Shown here one piece after another: positions 1 to 11,613 of a stretch of DNA of 42,076 nt (positions within the stretch are counted from its first letter, which is position 1; every line of letters begins with the position of its first letter). Position numbers and translations under genes: made by a program. The notes beneath the pieces are model-generated. The model had not been told where the DNA came from and did no database searches. It saw only the letters and a program-made list of their open reading frames with translations. The stretch is taken from contig JAUCBJ010001705.1 of assembly GCA_032718475.1 (NCBI GenBank), positions 1 through 42,076 of the forward strand. The letters run 5' to 3'. This DNA comes from Nemertoderma westbladi (Eukaryota > Animalia > Xenacoelomorpha).

Positions 1-741
1 GCTACTTATATTTTATGTAATCTTTATAACAAACATTATTAAGGAATCGAATTATACTTTACATATTATATTTATTTATTATTTTTTTTTTACCTAAATC
101 ATGATTAAATAAATAAATAGAATTAATGTACCGATTCGTGCGAGTAATTGATTTTATATGGACCTTGTAAAGTTAGTAGAGGTAAATGCGTCTGTAAAGA
201 CTGAAAGATTTTTAAGATATGAGTCTGGCTAAAAAACACCACATAATACTGGAGTAATGTACAGCATGTGCGTGTATTACGGCATTATATATATAGATAG
301 GAGATAGCAAGTACACCGTACACGTACATGGCAAGAGATTAATATGCTGACAAAGAGAGACCCACAAGAACTGAAAACAAATAATTTGGTCCCAGCCACA
401 AAGATGAAAGAAGGGCAATCTAACAACCGATTTTAATATTAATTTTATCTCCTTTGTGCTTTAGTGTATATATATGCCAGATGGATTTTGATAAATCATG
501 CCGAAATATATCATTTTTCAATTATGATCATTTCCAATTTTTGTGCATATTCTTAGGCCCGGGTCACACATGAGCTTTCAACTTTCAACATGCAACTTTC
601 AAAATGCACTAGTCCTATGTTCTATCTTACTTGAAAGTTGAAAGTTGGCATTTCCAGCATTGACAACCAATCAGAAGTTTAAGTCGTGTTTATATTAAAT
701 TATAGCAGCTACAGTATATAACATTTATGTTATATACTTTA

Positions 742-2032
742 CGGATCTAGGACACTTCCCCCCGCCCAAGTAGGACACTTCCCCCCGGATACTTCCCCCC
801 CGGACACTTGCCCCCCGGACACTTCCCCCCCAGTTAAAGTGTTAAAATTAATCTGGGTGCATCAAAGCAATAAACAAAAGTTAAAGATGGTTACAGGACA
901 AGTTGTATCTAGACAAGTTTTTTCAAAATTATAAAAGAAACATTTTTATAGACAAATTTTGTTTGTTTTTCTTTTAATTCCTTTAATTCTTTTAATTTCT
1001 TTTAATTGGGGGCTGTCGCCCCCAAACCCCCGCTTCTTTTCTTGGGGGTTGCCGCCCCCAAACCCCCGCTTCTTTTCTTGGGGGCTGCCTCCCCCAAACC
1101 CCCGCTTCTTTTCTTGGAGGTTATCGCCCCCAGACCCCGGCATTTCCCTGAGTGCCCGTGGTGAAAGACTTAAGACCATTTTGAAATAATTAATTCATGT
1201 TTGTATCATCAGATAATAAATTGACTAAGCCTAAAGTAGGAGCTGTATTGAACGTTAACCAATTTAATATATAAATTACTACAATATTATATAATTCAAC
1301 AAAATCCTATTAAAAATATTGCAAGTAACCAGGAAATTTAATATGTTGTGTGTATAATATCTATATAGTATGTATAGTAGTAATATGTATATCAATATGT
1401 AATGCTGAACACAGAATACAGGTCGACGCATGTCGATTTTACACTGGAGAGGTATAATTGTGATTGCAACAATAATATTCATCCCCATCTGCTACAATTT
1501 GAAGAAGACTATTACATAATAATACCTATAATTAAAACAATTAATTATTATAATTCTATAGTTAATAAAAACAGTATATCATTCCGGGGATGGAATTTAT
1601 AGGTCATCTAATATAATTAATTGTTTAAAGATCAGCAAACAATACGATGTAATTGCATTGATAAAACCCATAAATAAAACTTAGATATAAAATGTAAAAT
1701 CGGGATGCAAAAGATCACTTTCTGAGCTACGAAAGGAAAATTGGATACAACTTATCTGGATACAAGCGGTCCGTTTACCTTACAAAATGAAAAATACGAA
1801 TGTGCGAAGTTAAGAACAGTCGGGGGGGGGGGGAAGTGTTCGCGGGGGGGAAGTGTCCGCGGGGGGGAAGTATCTGGGGGGGAAGTGTCCGGGGGGGAAG
1901 TGTCCTACTTGAGCGGGGGGGGGGACTGTCCGGGGGGGAAGTGTCCGGGGGGGAAGTGTCCTACTTGAGCGGGGGGGAACTGTCCGGGGGGAAGTGTCCG
2001 GGGGGGGGGGGGGGGGAAGTGTCCGAACACCG
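742..2032. mobile_element. Non-autonomous foldback/MITE-like element with modular inverted ends
   Basis: Left end 750-833 has tandem GGACACTTCCCCCC; right end 1832-2025 has tandem reverse-complement GGGGGGAAGTGTCC, including GTCCTACTTG matching left CAAGTAGGAC. No ORF and no clear TSD; boundaries approximate. Confidence 0.65.
1007..1139. repeat. 33-bp tandem repeat, ~4 copies
   Basis: Unit TGGGGGCTGCCGCCCCCAAACCCCCGCTTCTTTTCT-like with a GGGGGC/GCCCCC mini-hairpin; explains ORFs 946-1179 and 959-1189. Confidence 0.85.
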
Positions 2033-2420
2033 GAAATATAATATATCCAGCAGGAGTTAGTAGAAGTAAAGATAACCAACCCACCATCATTTTGCAATAT
2101 AATATTTATGGTTGGGTACTATTAATACATGTGTACATTGTAGATCAGTTGATCCACTGACTACTTGTTACATGAACAACAGCACATGGGTTCCACCATA
2201 AAGTCAGCTACAATGCACGAGCTGAAAGTCTACATAATGTATAACAATCGGAGATTAAATTCATTGACTTAACTTGTATTGTCCTGGTTACGGAATCATA
2301 AACTCTTTATTTTCGGTAGCCCATTTAATTAGATGAAAAACACTTTAGAACCTTTAGGATAATTGTTTTAATATACTTTGTACATTAGAAAAATTTAAAC
2401 TGTAGATAATAATAATTTTA

Positions 2421-3686
2421 ATGACCCCGTCAAATAGAAACGATATTGTGGAAGGATGGAGATTCTACTTCTTAGTGAGTTTCCTTATCGCCTTCCAAAT
2501 GATACCAGGATGGTGTACCAATTTAATGGAGTCATTCTTTCCTATTGTTGTCCAACAGCGGGGATGGTCAAACGCTCTGATTGGTGCTCTACTTGCCGCG
2601 TTTTCTCTAGTCAGACTATTGATCTATGTCGTCTGCCCACATGCTATCAGTAACTGGGGGACCCGGATTTCTATTGGAATGTTCGGAATTATAGGATCAA
2701 TTTCGCAATTGGCTTTTGGATTTGTGGAATATATACCCATTAATGAATATGGATTGTATATATTCGCGTGCTTTTTTCTACGAATTATTGAAGGTATAGG
2801 TCTTAACATTAGTTATACCTATTCTTACAATCTTTTGGTGGAATTGATGCCAAATTATCGAAGTTTCTTGAGTGGTATAGTTATTATAATTGCCTCCCTT
2901 GGATATACACTTTCACCGATTTTCGGTTCTGCTATTTATGTTCAGTGTGGGTTTGAATTTCCATTTGTTATTTCTGGTTTAATGTTTTTCATCATTGTCG
3001 TTTACATCTGGTTCGAGGCACCTGGTTATCTTTGCGACAGATGCGAAAACTCGGAGGATCGTCCGACATATAGCGGAATTCTCAAGAATCCAGGAATTAC
3101 AGTTTTACTTATTTTGCAAGGATATTCAGCGAGTTTGATATATTTTGCAAATGCTAACTATGCTGTCTATGTTCAAAGATACTACAATGCGACACAATAT
3201 TACATTGGGCTATATTTTATGATTTATCCTGTTCTTCAAGGTTCTATAAGTTTCTTCTTCGCCGTTTCGCTGAGTAAATGGACTACAATTTATCCAACTA
3301 TAATTGGTATTATTTTAGAGATTGTATCGGCGCAGCTAATCGGCCCAACCGAAGTACTCGGTATTCCGTATTCCTTAACGACTTCTCTTATTGGACTGTC
3401 GATACTTGGATGTGGGGGAGGAATGTTTTTTGTTCCTGGATTTGAGACTATAACTCGACTCGCTGTAAAAGTTGGTGGTTTCCGAGACAACGTGGATACG
3501 AGGGCTGTTCTCCAACAAGCTCTTAGAATTTCATTCTCTCTTGGTTATATAATGGGATCAGTGTTTGGGGGTCTTCTGAATGATCTGTTCGGATACCAAA
3601 TTGGTTCGTCGCTGTTTAGTCTTATTGGACTACCATTTGTGTTTGCTTTGATAGCGTTATTTTTCTGTCATTATGTTGATGAGTAA
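2421..3686 (+). CDS. Major facilitator superfamily transporter, SLC18B1-like, single exon
   Basis: 421-aa ORF with ~12 hydrophobic segments in two bundles split by a hydrophilic loop (CDRCENSEDRP); MFS-type segments FFPIVVQQRG, FFLRIIEGIG, LGYTLSPIFGS, GSVFGGLLND. Confidence 0.85.
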   Translation: MTPSNRNDIVEGWRFYFLVSFLIAFQMIPGWCTNLMESFFPIVVQQRGWSNALIGALLAAFSLVRLLIYVVCPHAISNWGTRISIGMFGIIGSISQLAFGFVEYIPINEYGLYIFACFFLRIIEGIGLNISYTYSYNLLVELMPNYRSFLSGIVIIIASLGYTLSPIFGSAIYVQCGFEFPFVISGLMFFIIVVYIWFEAPGYLCDRCENSEDRPTYSGILKNPGITVLLILQGYSASLIYFANANYAVYVQRYYNATQYYIGLYFMIYPVLQGSISFFFAVSLSKWTTIYPTIIGIILEIVSAQLIGPTEVLGIPYSLTTSLIGLSILGCGGGMFFVPGFETITRLAVKVGGFRDNVDTRAVLQQALRISFSLGYIMGSVFGGLLNDLFGYQIGSSLFSLIGLPFVFALIALFFCHYVDE

Positions 3687-3890
3687 TATTGTGAGCAGTT
3701 TAATGTTGTCTTGGTGGAAAATTAAATCGCTACTGTTGGTGATGGTTGCTAGAGTAGAGAGCAGCAGCATAATTGAAGCAAAATAACATAATTTATGTCA
3801 TTTTTACATTTTATTTATACAGCAATTAATTTAATTTGTGCAGTTTCTATCACTTATAATATATATATATACAATCATTTCATAATGTTA

Positions 3891-5310
3891 ACTAAATGTT
3901 AACTTCCTTGGGCAGCCACCAAACATCGAGGTCAGCCCTACAAGGAAAATATATGACAAGACACTACCTATAGAAACAGGGGACTTCACACCTGCCGAAC
4001 TCCAAAGAAGCATTAAAAGCATGTCCAATAATAAAGCGAGTGGATTAGATGAAATCCCATGCGGAGGTATGGAAAACATGAGTGTTAAACAGACCATTAT
4101 TGAATGTTTGCAACCGGTTGTTAAAAGGGGAAAAGCCACCACCAATTGGGACTAAATGTCAACTAAAGGCTCTCCCCAAGGAAGGAGACCTCGGTATACC
4201 AACAAACTATCGTGGGATCTGTCTGCTTGTGGTAGGTGCCAAAATATACAATAAAATGATTCTATATAGGATTAGGCCTCACATAGAGAAACTACTGCGC
4301 AAGAGCCAAAACGGATTTCGACCAAATAGATCAACAATAGCTCAGATACTTGCACTACGGAGGTAAAATGCTTGTAATCCTAAGAGCTTATGGAATACCA
4401 GAAGTAATAGTTGCTGGCATTGGATTGTTATATTGTGGCACAGAAGATTATGATGATTAGGATTATGCAATGAGGATGGCAACAAAGGGTGAAGATCTGG
4501 GATTCACACTTCAAGAACGCAGAAGTAGTAGATATCCGGCAACTACAGTCACAGACACCGACTTTGCGGATGACATCGCCCTGCTCTCTAATACGCTAGC
4601 AGATGCACAGCTTCTACTAAATAAAGTGGAGAGGGCTGCTAAGGAGGTTGGATTGCATAAAATGCTTCCCAGACCGAATTAATGAGCTTTAATGTTGATG
4701 GAAACTTGACAACCATTAATAATAATCAACTAAGGAAGGTCTATGACTTCCAGTACCTTGGATCATGGATAGAGAGTAGCAAAAAGGACATAGAAGTTAG
4801 GAAAGCAAAGGCTTGGGTAACTCTATTAAAAATGGATACCATCTGGAAATCAGATCTCTCCAGGCACCTGAAGACTAAGTTCTTTTGAGCCACAGTGGAA
4901 AGTGTATTTTTATACAGGGGTGAGACCTGGACACTGATTAAATCACTTGAACAACGAATTGATGGTTTCTACACAAGACTACTAAGGGTAGCCATAAACA
5001 TCAGCTGGAGACAACACATGACAAACGCCGAGCTTTATGGTACAATACCACCTTATCAACCACCCTCCGTGAACGCAGATTAAGATTCAGTGGGCACTGC
5101 TGGTAAAGTAAAGACGAGGTCATACCAGATCTACTTTTCTAGCAACCAACTCATGGAAAGCGTAGTTGTAGACCGGCCATAACATAAATATATCAACTTG
5201 AAAGGGATACTGAACTTGGGAGAAACGAAATTGCGACAACTATGGAGAATCGGGAAGACTGGAAGGATCTCATTTCCACTGTCCGAGTTCGCTCGACCTA
5301 GTAGTAGTAG
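3891..5310 (+). mobile_element. RTE-clade LINE, 5'-truncated and decayed
   Basis: RT motifs KASGLDEIP, NYRGICLL, QNGFRPNRST, DFADDIALL, FQYLGS broken by stops, frameshifts and deletion of the LQGD region; (TAG)n 3' tail; 21-bp TSD TACAATCATTTCRTAATGTTA at 3870-3890 and 5311-5331 (1 mismatch). Confidence 0.9.
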
Positions 5311-5322
5311 TACAATCATTTC

Positions 5323-5518
5323 GTAATGTTACAATTTTGGAATAAAACTACATACAATCTTGTTGCAATGTACTTTACAGTGTTCTGATCCTCGTTGCCT
5401 TATTTTCACTCACTCACTACGTTTGTTCGTGTAACAAATCACTCGGATCAGCACACTGTAAAATGCTACTTTACACACAAGATTTAAATAGTTAATTATT
5501 CCAAAATTGTAACATTAC
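5323..5518. repeat. Small hairpin element with nested inverted repeats
   Basis: 23-bp perfect IR GTAATGTTACAATTTTGGAATAA / TTATTCCAAAATTGTAACATTAC; inner IR ACAGTGTTCTGATCC / GGATCAGCACACTGT around a TTTCACTCACT...AAATCACTCG core. Confidence 0.7.
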
Positions 5519-5844
5519 TCAACGCCGTTAGTATTAACAGTGAGTTGTTATTGAGCACTTTACAACTTTTGAGGACATTATAGTCTCATTGTATTGTCCT
5601 GTACATGTAGTATTGTATTTGGTGTTATTCGTTAAGTAATGTCCCCTTCGTGGACATACTTAACGCCGCATTGGATACCAAGTGAACAATAGGTGAAAAT
5701 TTACCTGAGAGCCAGATAGGCCTACTGCATTACCTACCGGTAGACGGGGTATAGTTATTAATAACCAGTTGGGCCTAGCTATATTATTATAACATTGCTC
5801 CACACGCCGCCATAAATATAAGCTAACTTATTTATAACATATTG

Positions 5845-6113
5845 TAATTTATGTCATTTTTACATTTATTTATAAAGAAACTAATTTAATTTGTGCAGTT
5901 TCTATCACTTATAATGTATATGTACAATCATTTCGTAATGTTAAAATTTTGGAATAAAACTACATACATACTTGTTGCAAAGTACTTTACTTTAGGCCTA
6001 CAGTGTTCTGATCCTCGTGGCTTTATTTTCACTCACTCACTAACGTTCGTTCGTGTAACAAAGCCACTCGGATCATCACACTGTAAGTTACTTTACACAC
6101 AAGTATGTAAATA
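5845..6113 (+). repeat. Local duplicate of 3789-3890 + 5332-5490 lacking the RTE (empty site)
   Basis: Colinear with both RTE flanks joined, with a single copy of the TSD sequence. Confidence 0.8.
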
Positions 6114-6940
6114 GTTATTACATAACTTATTATTAAATATATTAAATTAATGTAACGATTCGAGCCAGTAATGGAACTTATATGGACCTTTTGATTGAAA
6201 TTATTTTATTCTTAAATTGTTACTTTTTCGATCGCATATACCCCAAAATCACGAGAAAAATGGAGTAGGGCCTACCGGTACTTATTAAAAACCCTTTGGA
6301 TTGCATTAACTTGACTTTTTTCCCATAAAAAAAAGTAAACTAAAATATTTTTGATGGCATTTCTTAAATTTTATTACATGTGATGAAAGAGCATCGATTA
6401 TAGCATTGAGTAATTTGAGCAAACTCCATTCACACACTTAAAGTTAAATAAATATTCGAGAACACTAAATTAATTAACATTGAGCATAAGGCAGCATCAG
6501 AAGTTGAAGAGTAGAGTACTTTTGAATCGCAGTAACTATGGAAGGAAGTAACTATGGACAGTTTAATTTATTTTCATTATATCGCTCTATGTTTTGTTAA
6601 CAACCAATTTAAGAATAAAATTGCGTATTAGGCCTACTAAATAGGAAAAACGTAGAACATTTCTTTTTCGATATTCTCCCGCCCTTTATTAACCTCACTG
6701 GCACAACTAAATTTAGTTTATTGTTTTGGTTAGAAATGCATGCCATTATAACCTGCTACTTTCCTTTAAAATGTACCTTAAATAGTGAATATCGATATTA
6801 AATATTCGCTAAATTAAGTTAATATGTTAAAATAATCTGAAATGACAACCCAATTGGTAATATGCCTACCGGTACGCAAAATACTGCAGTACTACAATCT
6901 ATAATCCGATAAACCGGCTACAGGTAGTAGGTGCTAAAAT

Positions 6941-7175
6941 GCACAACGAGCAACAATGAGCATCAACGAGCAACAACGAGCAATAATAGAGTACAACAAC
7001 GAGTAACAATGAGTAACAATGAGCAACAAAAGGCAATAGTAAAGTACAACAACGAGCAATAATAAAGTACAACAACGAGCAACAATGAGAAACAACGAGT
7101 AACAATGAGAAACAACGAGCAACAATGAGAAACAACGAGCAACAATGAGAAAAAACGAGCAACAACGTGCAACAA
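6941..7175. repeat. Degenerate ~20-bp minisatellite (CAACGAGCAACAATGAGAAA)
   Basis: Visible tandem periodicity; produces the spurious LLLVVSHCC-type minus-strand ORFs. Confidence 0.85.
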
Positions 7176-7381
7176 TTAAAAATTATGGCGACACCTCGTA
7201 GGGAGCATCTATTGGACATTTCGCTTTATTTCGTTTAGAAATGTAGAAGATTCTGCATGTCAACTAGTTTTATAACTACCACAGTCTTTCTTTAGGCCTA
7301 CTTCAACTTGCCTTGGTAAACTAAAACTTTCTACTTTGATCCGGTTAGCAGGTTTAGTGCATTGCAAGTAGATAGGCCTAC

Positions 7382-8328
7382 TACTACTACTAGGTCGAGC
7401 GAACTCGGACAGTGGAAATGAGATCCTTCCAGCCTTCCCGATTCTCCATAGTTGTCGCAATTTCGTTTCTCCCAAGTTCAGTATCCTTTTCAAGTTGATC
7501 TATATATGTTATGCCCGGTCGTCCACGACTACGCTTTCCATGAGTTGGTTGCCAGAAAAGTAGATCTGGTATGACCTCGTATTTACTTCGCCAGCAGTGT
7601 CCACTGAATCTTAATCTGCGTTCACGGAGGGTGGTTGATACAGGTGGTATTGTACCATAAATCTCGGCGTTTGTCATGTGTTGTCTCCAACTGATGTTTA
7701 GGGCTGCCCTTAGGAGTCTTGTGTAAATCAATCATCAATCCATCAATTCGTTGTTCAAGTAATTTAGTTAGTGTCCAGGTCTCACCCCCGTATAAAAATA
7801 CACTTTCCACTGTGGCTCGAAAGAACTTAGTCTTCAGGTGCCTGGAGAGATCTGATTTCCAGATGGTATCCATTTTTGATAGAGCTACCCAAGCCTTTGC
7901 TTTCCTAACTTCTATGTCCTTTTTGCAACTCTCTATCCATGATCCTAGGTACTGGAAGTCGTCTTACATCTTAGTTGATTATTATCAATGGTTGTCAAGT
8001 TTCCATCAACATTAAAAGCCATGAATTCGGTCTTCCCCGGTCTTGGTAGCATTTATTTGCAATCCAACCTCCTTAGCAGCCCTCTCCACTTTATTTAGTA
8101 GAAGCAGTGCATCTGCTAGCGTATTAGAGACAAATGAGAGCAGGGCGATGACATCCGCAAAGTCGGCTGTGACTGTAGTTTCCGGATATCTACTACTTCT
8201 GCGTTCTTGAAGTGTGAATCCCAGATCTTCACCCTTTGTGGCCGTCCTCATTGCGTAATCCAGCACAATTACAAATAGTAATGGTGCTAATGTGTCACCT
8301 TGCAGTACGCCAGCCAGGATTGAGAAAA
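7382..8328 (-). mobile_element. RTE-clade LINE 3' fragment, same family as 3891-5310, inverted
   Basis: GVLQGDTLAPLLFVIVLDYAMR, DFAD, RLRFSGHCWR, RGRP; same 3' end and (TAG)n tail; candidate TSD TAGATAGGCCTAC at 7369-7381 and 8353-8365. Confidence 0.88.
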
Positions 8329-8373
8329 GAGACTATAGAAATAAAATAAAAATAGATAGGCCTACCTACCGGT

Positions 8374-8720
8374 ATTCACTATTGACTGACTGAACTGATA
8401 GTAAACTAAGTTTTAGGTTGTACACTTCTACAGTAGCCTATGTAATATAACTGTATGTTTAGGTAGGCCTATACAGGTATACTGTTAGGCAACTTGTAAG
8501 ATTTTATCATAAATTAACATAATGGCGGAGCATGTTAGGCCGTATATATAGTAGGCCATGCCTATTCACTATTGACTGACTGAACTGATAGTAAAATTTT
8601 AAGTTTTAGGTTCTACAGTAGCCTATGTAATGTAACTAACTGTATGCATGCATAGGCCTACATAGGTAGGCCTATACTGTAGGCAACTTGTAAGGTTTTA
8701 TCATAAATTAATATAATGGC
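8374..8720. repeat. Direct duplication of ~160-190 bp
   Basis: TATTCACTATTGACTGACTGAACTGATAGTAAA...TTTTATCATAAATTAA occurs at ~8374 and ~8563. Confidence 0.8.
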
Positions 8721-9688
8721 TGAGAGGCAGTTCACATGTCCATTGAAGTTTGCTTCTGAAACCGTACTATCGTATCACAAGATTAGAGACCACGAGGACG
8801 TTAACTACGTTTCAGTTGAAGTACGGCGAGGTTTATTACTGTCGAAATCTATTTTATTAGATATTCCGGATCTTTTCGCCGTGGATGCTGTGGTTCCGAC
8901 GGCAGATCTTTGCAACTGCAGTATCGTAACATTGGTATCGTAACGGCGTCAACATCGGTATCTACCCGTATTATTATTCTTTCGTATTATTATTACTTTC
9001 GTTCACATTATGAACGACACTTCGTCAAGTCCCATTCGATTGGAAGCATGACATCCTTGTTGATGGTGTTCGAACCCGTTTCGTACCATAACTAAAGAAG
9101 TGTAATACACAAGTCAGCAAGTTGTAGATCAGTTCAATGGGGTAATTTAATAAGTGTATTAATTTTCTGAACAAAATGAAGCCGGTGAATCACATCTTCA
9201 CTAACTTTACGCCTGATTTTAATTTACCGGAACCAACGGGTCAATGACGCAGCGAAGGCCACACTGGAATTAATACGTAATAACAAAGGAGAAGGCTGAA
9301 GCTCAACAATAATTCTGGTTGTCTGTCATTAATTTAGAAATTTATTATAATAATAATTGAATTAAATGCATTTGATCTCGTGTATAAGCAATATGCATAC
9401 GATATCAACCGTTTCAAACGTATACAGTACTTTTTCGATATATGTAGTATGTTTTTGTTACGGTTACAGAGTGTAATAATGTATATTATTATTGAAATTT
9501 AGTAAATCGGCAGTGATCCCAACGTTATTACCTATATTTAATCTCCCTTTCAAACATTTACTCATTTTTAATCTGTCAAATTTACTTATTTTTAATACGG
9601 ATTTTACCCCTTCTCTGACTTTACGGCAATTCATTAATTATCTCCAGCCTTAGGTATTGTTAGTACCGGTAAGTAGCCTATCAACGAC

Positions 9689-9797
9689 ACTAGCCGAACA
9701 GAACAAGACTGTCAGTCTTGTTCTGTTCGGCTAGTAATTAAAGTAATTAAAGGTATAATATTATGGACCCATAATACAGTATTACACCTTTAATTAC
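9689..9797. repeat. Two adjacent palindromes
   Basis: ACTAGCCGAACAGAACAAGACTG-T-CAGTCTTGTTCTGTTCGGCTAGT (23-bp perfect arms, 9689-9735), then GTAATTAAAGGTATAATATTATGG / CCATAATA(cag)TATTACACCTTTAATTAC (9743-9797). Confidence 0.8.
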
Positions 9798-9844
9798 AGT
9801 TGTTGCAACAGCTCATCTCCAATTTATTTAATTAATATCACCTA

Positions 9845-11080
9845 TAGATAGATAGATTTATTTATACATTATGTAAAAACAATAACAAATACACCAAACA
9901 ATGTACCGGTATAAAGGTATTGTCCAACATAACATATAGGATTACCCCTAAAGCTTTGCAGCTTATTTCCAAGGGGGTCCTTTATGTTACTTCTACTTGG
10001 TTACAAATACAATATTACACTACGCTAACCTAAAACCAATATAAAACGTAATTACACTATTACATGTACAACTTTACCAAGAGCGTGACAATGCCCGACT
10101 CAACAATAAAGATGTAATGTACAGAACAATTTATTATAAAACGTAATTACAGTATAAATAGCAAATAATTAATAAACTAATAACTTACTGTAGGACTATT
10201 GTACCTATTTTTACATTGCACATGGAGGTGAGATTTAACTGCAGATTTAAAAGAATGTGGATTATCTAGGTTTTTAATTTCATTAGGCAGAGCGTTCCAA
10301 TTTTTAATGCCGTTAAAAAAGAAAGTATCAGATTCAAAGGATTTACAATTCGGGAGGTAGAAGTTTGAAGCACTAGCTCTGGTACTGTAAGAGTGTGTAT
10401 CGCGTACACTGCTAAATTTTTGTTTTAGGTAATTGGGACATTTACCATTATACACTTTATGCACATGGTTGAGGCGTAGCTGCTTAACTCTACTATCTAA
10501 GTTAAGTAGTCCAGATTCAGAAAAGTCATCTGGAGTTACGTGGTGCCTAGGTTTGTAGTCTTTAATAAATCGTACTACTTTATTCTGAGCTACTTGTAAT
10601 TTACATTTAAGCTGTTTGGTTAAGCCTTCATACCAAGAAGAGCACGCATAGTCCATGTGACACTGTATTAAAGAAGAGCAAAGTACTGTAACTTGCGGGA
10701 GTCGGTATTTAAACTATTTTTATTTCTGTATAGAAACCTAAGCCTACTGTTAACTTTCGTGAAAATATTTTTCACTGTGCTTTCTCCTGATAAGCAGTTA
10801 TCCAATGTGGCGCCTAAATATTTAACTTCCTTTTTATTTTCAATCTTATGTCCATTACTAGTGACTTCAAACTTAGTTACCTTCTTTAACTTTCTTTTGG
10901 AACCAAACAAAATACTTTTAGTCTTACCGTAGTGAATGGATAGCTTATTATCAACCAACCACTCATTACAGGATTCTAGAACTGCACTTAACTTTTGGGA
11001 AATATGGATAGGATCTTTATGAGAGAAAATAAGAGCACTGTCGTCGGCATATAAAATGAGTTTAAAATCGGGTGCAATAC
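9845..11080 (-). mobile_element. CR1/L2-group LINE, 3' fragment
   Basis: Minus strand reads LILYADDSAL...WLVDNKLSIHYGKTKSILFGS...VKYLG...DYACSSWY...HSYSTR...WNALP; frameshift near 10670-10690; 3' UTR, AATAAA and (TCTA)n tail. Confidence 0.88.
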
Positions 11081-11249
11081 TGCAATACAGTACCTGGCAG
11101 CAATACTCGAGCTAAATATTTATTTATTTGTACTTCAGCTCCTGTTTCACTCTAGCATACTTGAGGCCGTTAGGTCCGCTGTTAGAGATAGAATATATGC
11201 AACTTAAGACTGCCCGTCCAATAGAAGCGGATTAGGTGGGAGTGTGAGT

Positions 11250-11355
11250 GTCAGGGGCTAGTGGCTGAGCTGGTTAGCGCTACTGATGAGGCCTGTTAGG
11301 CCGAAACGTACGTATAGCGCTGGTTCAACCCCCGGTGACGCGCTTTCTAATTTTT
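11250..11355 (+). promoter_or_regulatory. Pol III type-2 internal promoter (A and B boxes) and T-run terminator around the ribozyme
   Basis: A-box TGGCTGAGCTGG 11262-11273; B-box GGTTCAACCCC 11322-11332; GTCAGGGG/CCCCGGTGAC closing stem; TTTTT at 11351-11355. Confidence 0.65.
11276..11321 (+). ncRNA. Type I hammerhead ribozyme with minimal helix III
   Basis: Helix I AGCGCTA(11276-82)/TAGCGCT(11315-21); core CTGATGA(11283-89); helix II GGCC-TGTTA-GGCC; GAAA(11303-06); helix III AC-GTAC-GT; cleavage triplet GTA, predicted cut after 11314. Confidence 0.88.
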
Positions 11356-11613
11356 CCACTTCTGAACAAACCCATAATATTCCACCTTTAATTACAGTTG
11401 CAACAGCTCATCTCCAATTTCTTATTTAGGCCTAATGGGGTAAAATTAAGTTCAGGCTGTTTAAAAATAACATACAGTAGGTCGATTCGCCGTGTCCCAT
11501 CCCACAAAGTTTTTATTTTATTCGAATATTTAATATAAAGATGTATGGTTAGGCCTATTTATTGATTAAACATTAAATAGTGTATAATATGTAATATTCG
11601 CCCAACAGGCTCA

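Noticed and set aside
946-2097. Gly/Pro-rich ORFs
   Set aside because: Translations of G/C-run repeats in the foldback element.
6899-7219. Cys/Leu-rich membrane-like ORFs (also 30922-31152, 33900-34103)
   Set aside because: Translations of simple repeats.
8716-9310. More balanced-composition segment with short ORFs
   Set aside because: No recognisable motif or convincing splice structure on either strand; could be UTR or old repeat.
11250-11340. Bona fide tRNA gene
   Set aside because: A/B boxes are present but there is no anticodon arm or proper cloverleaf; the centre is a hammerhead.
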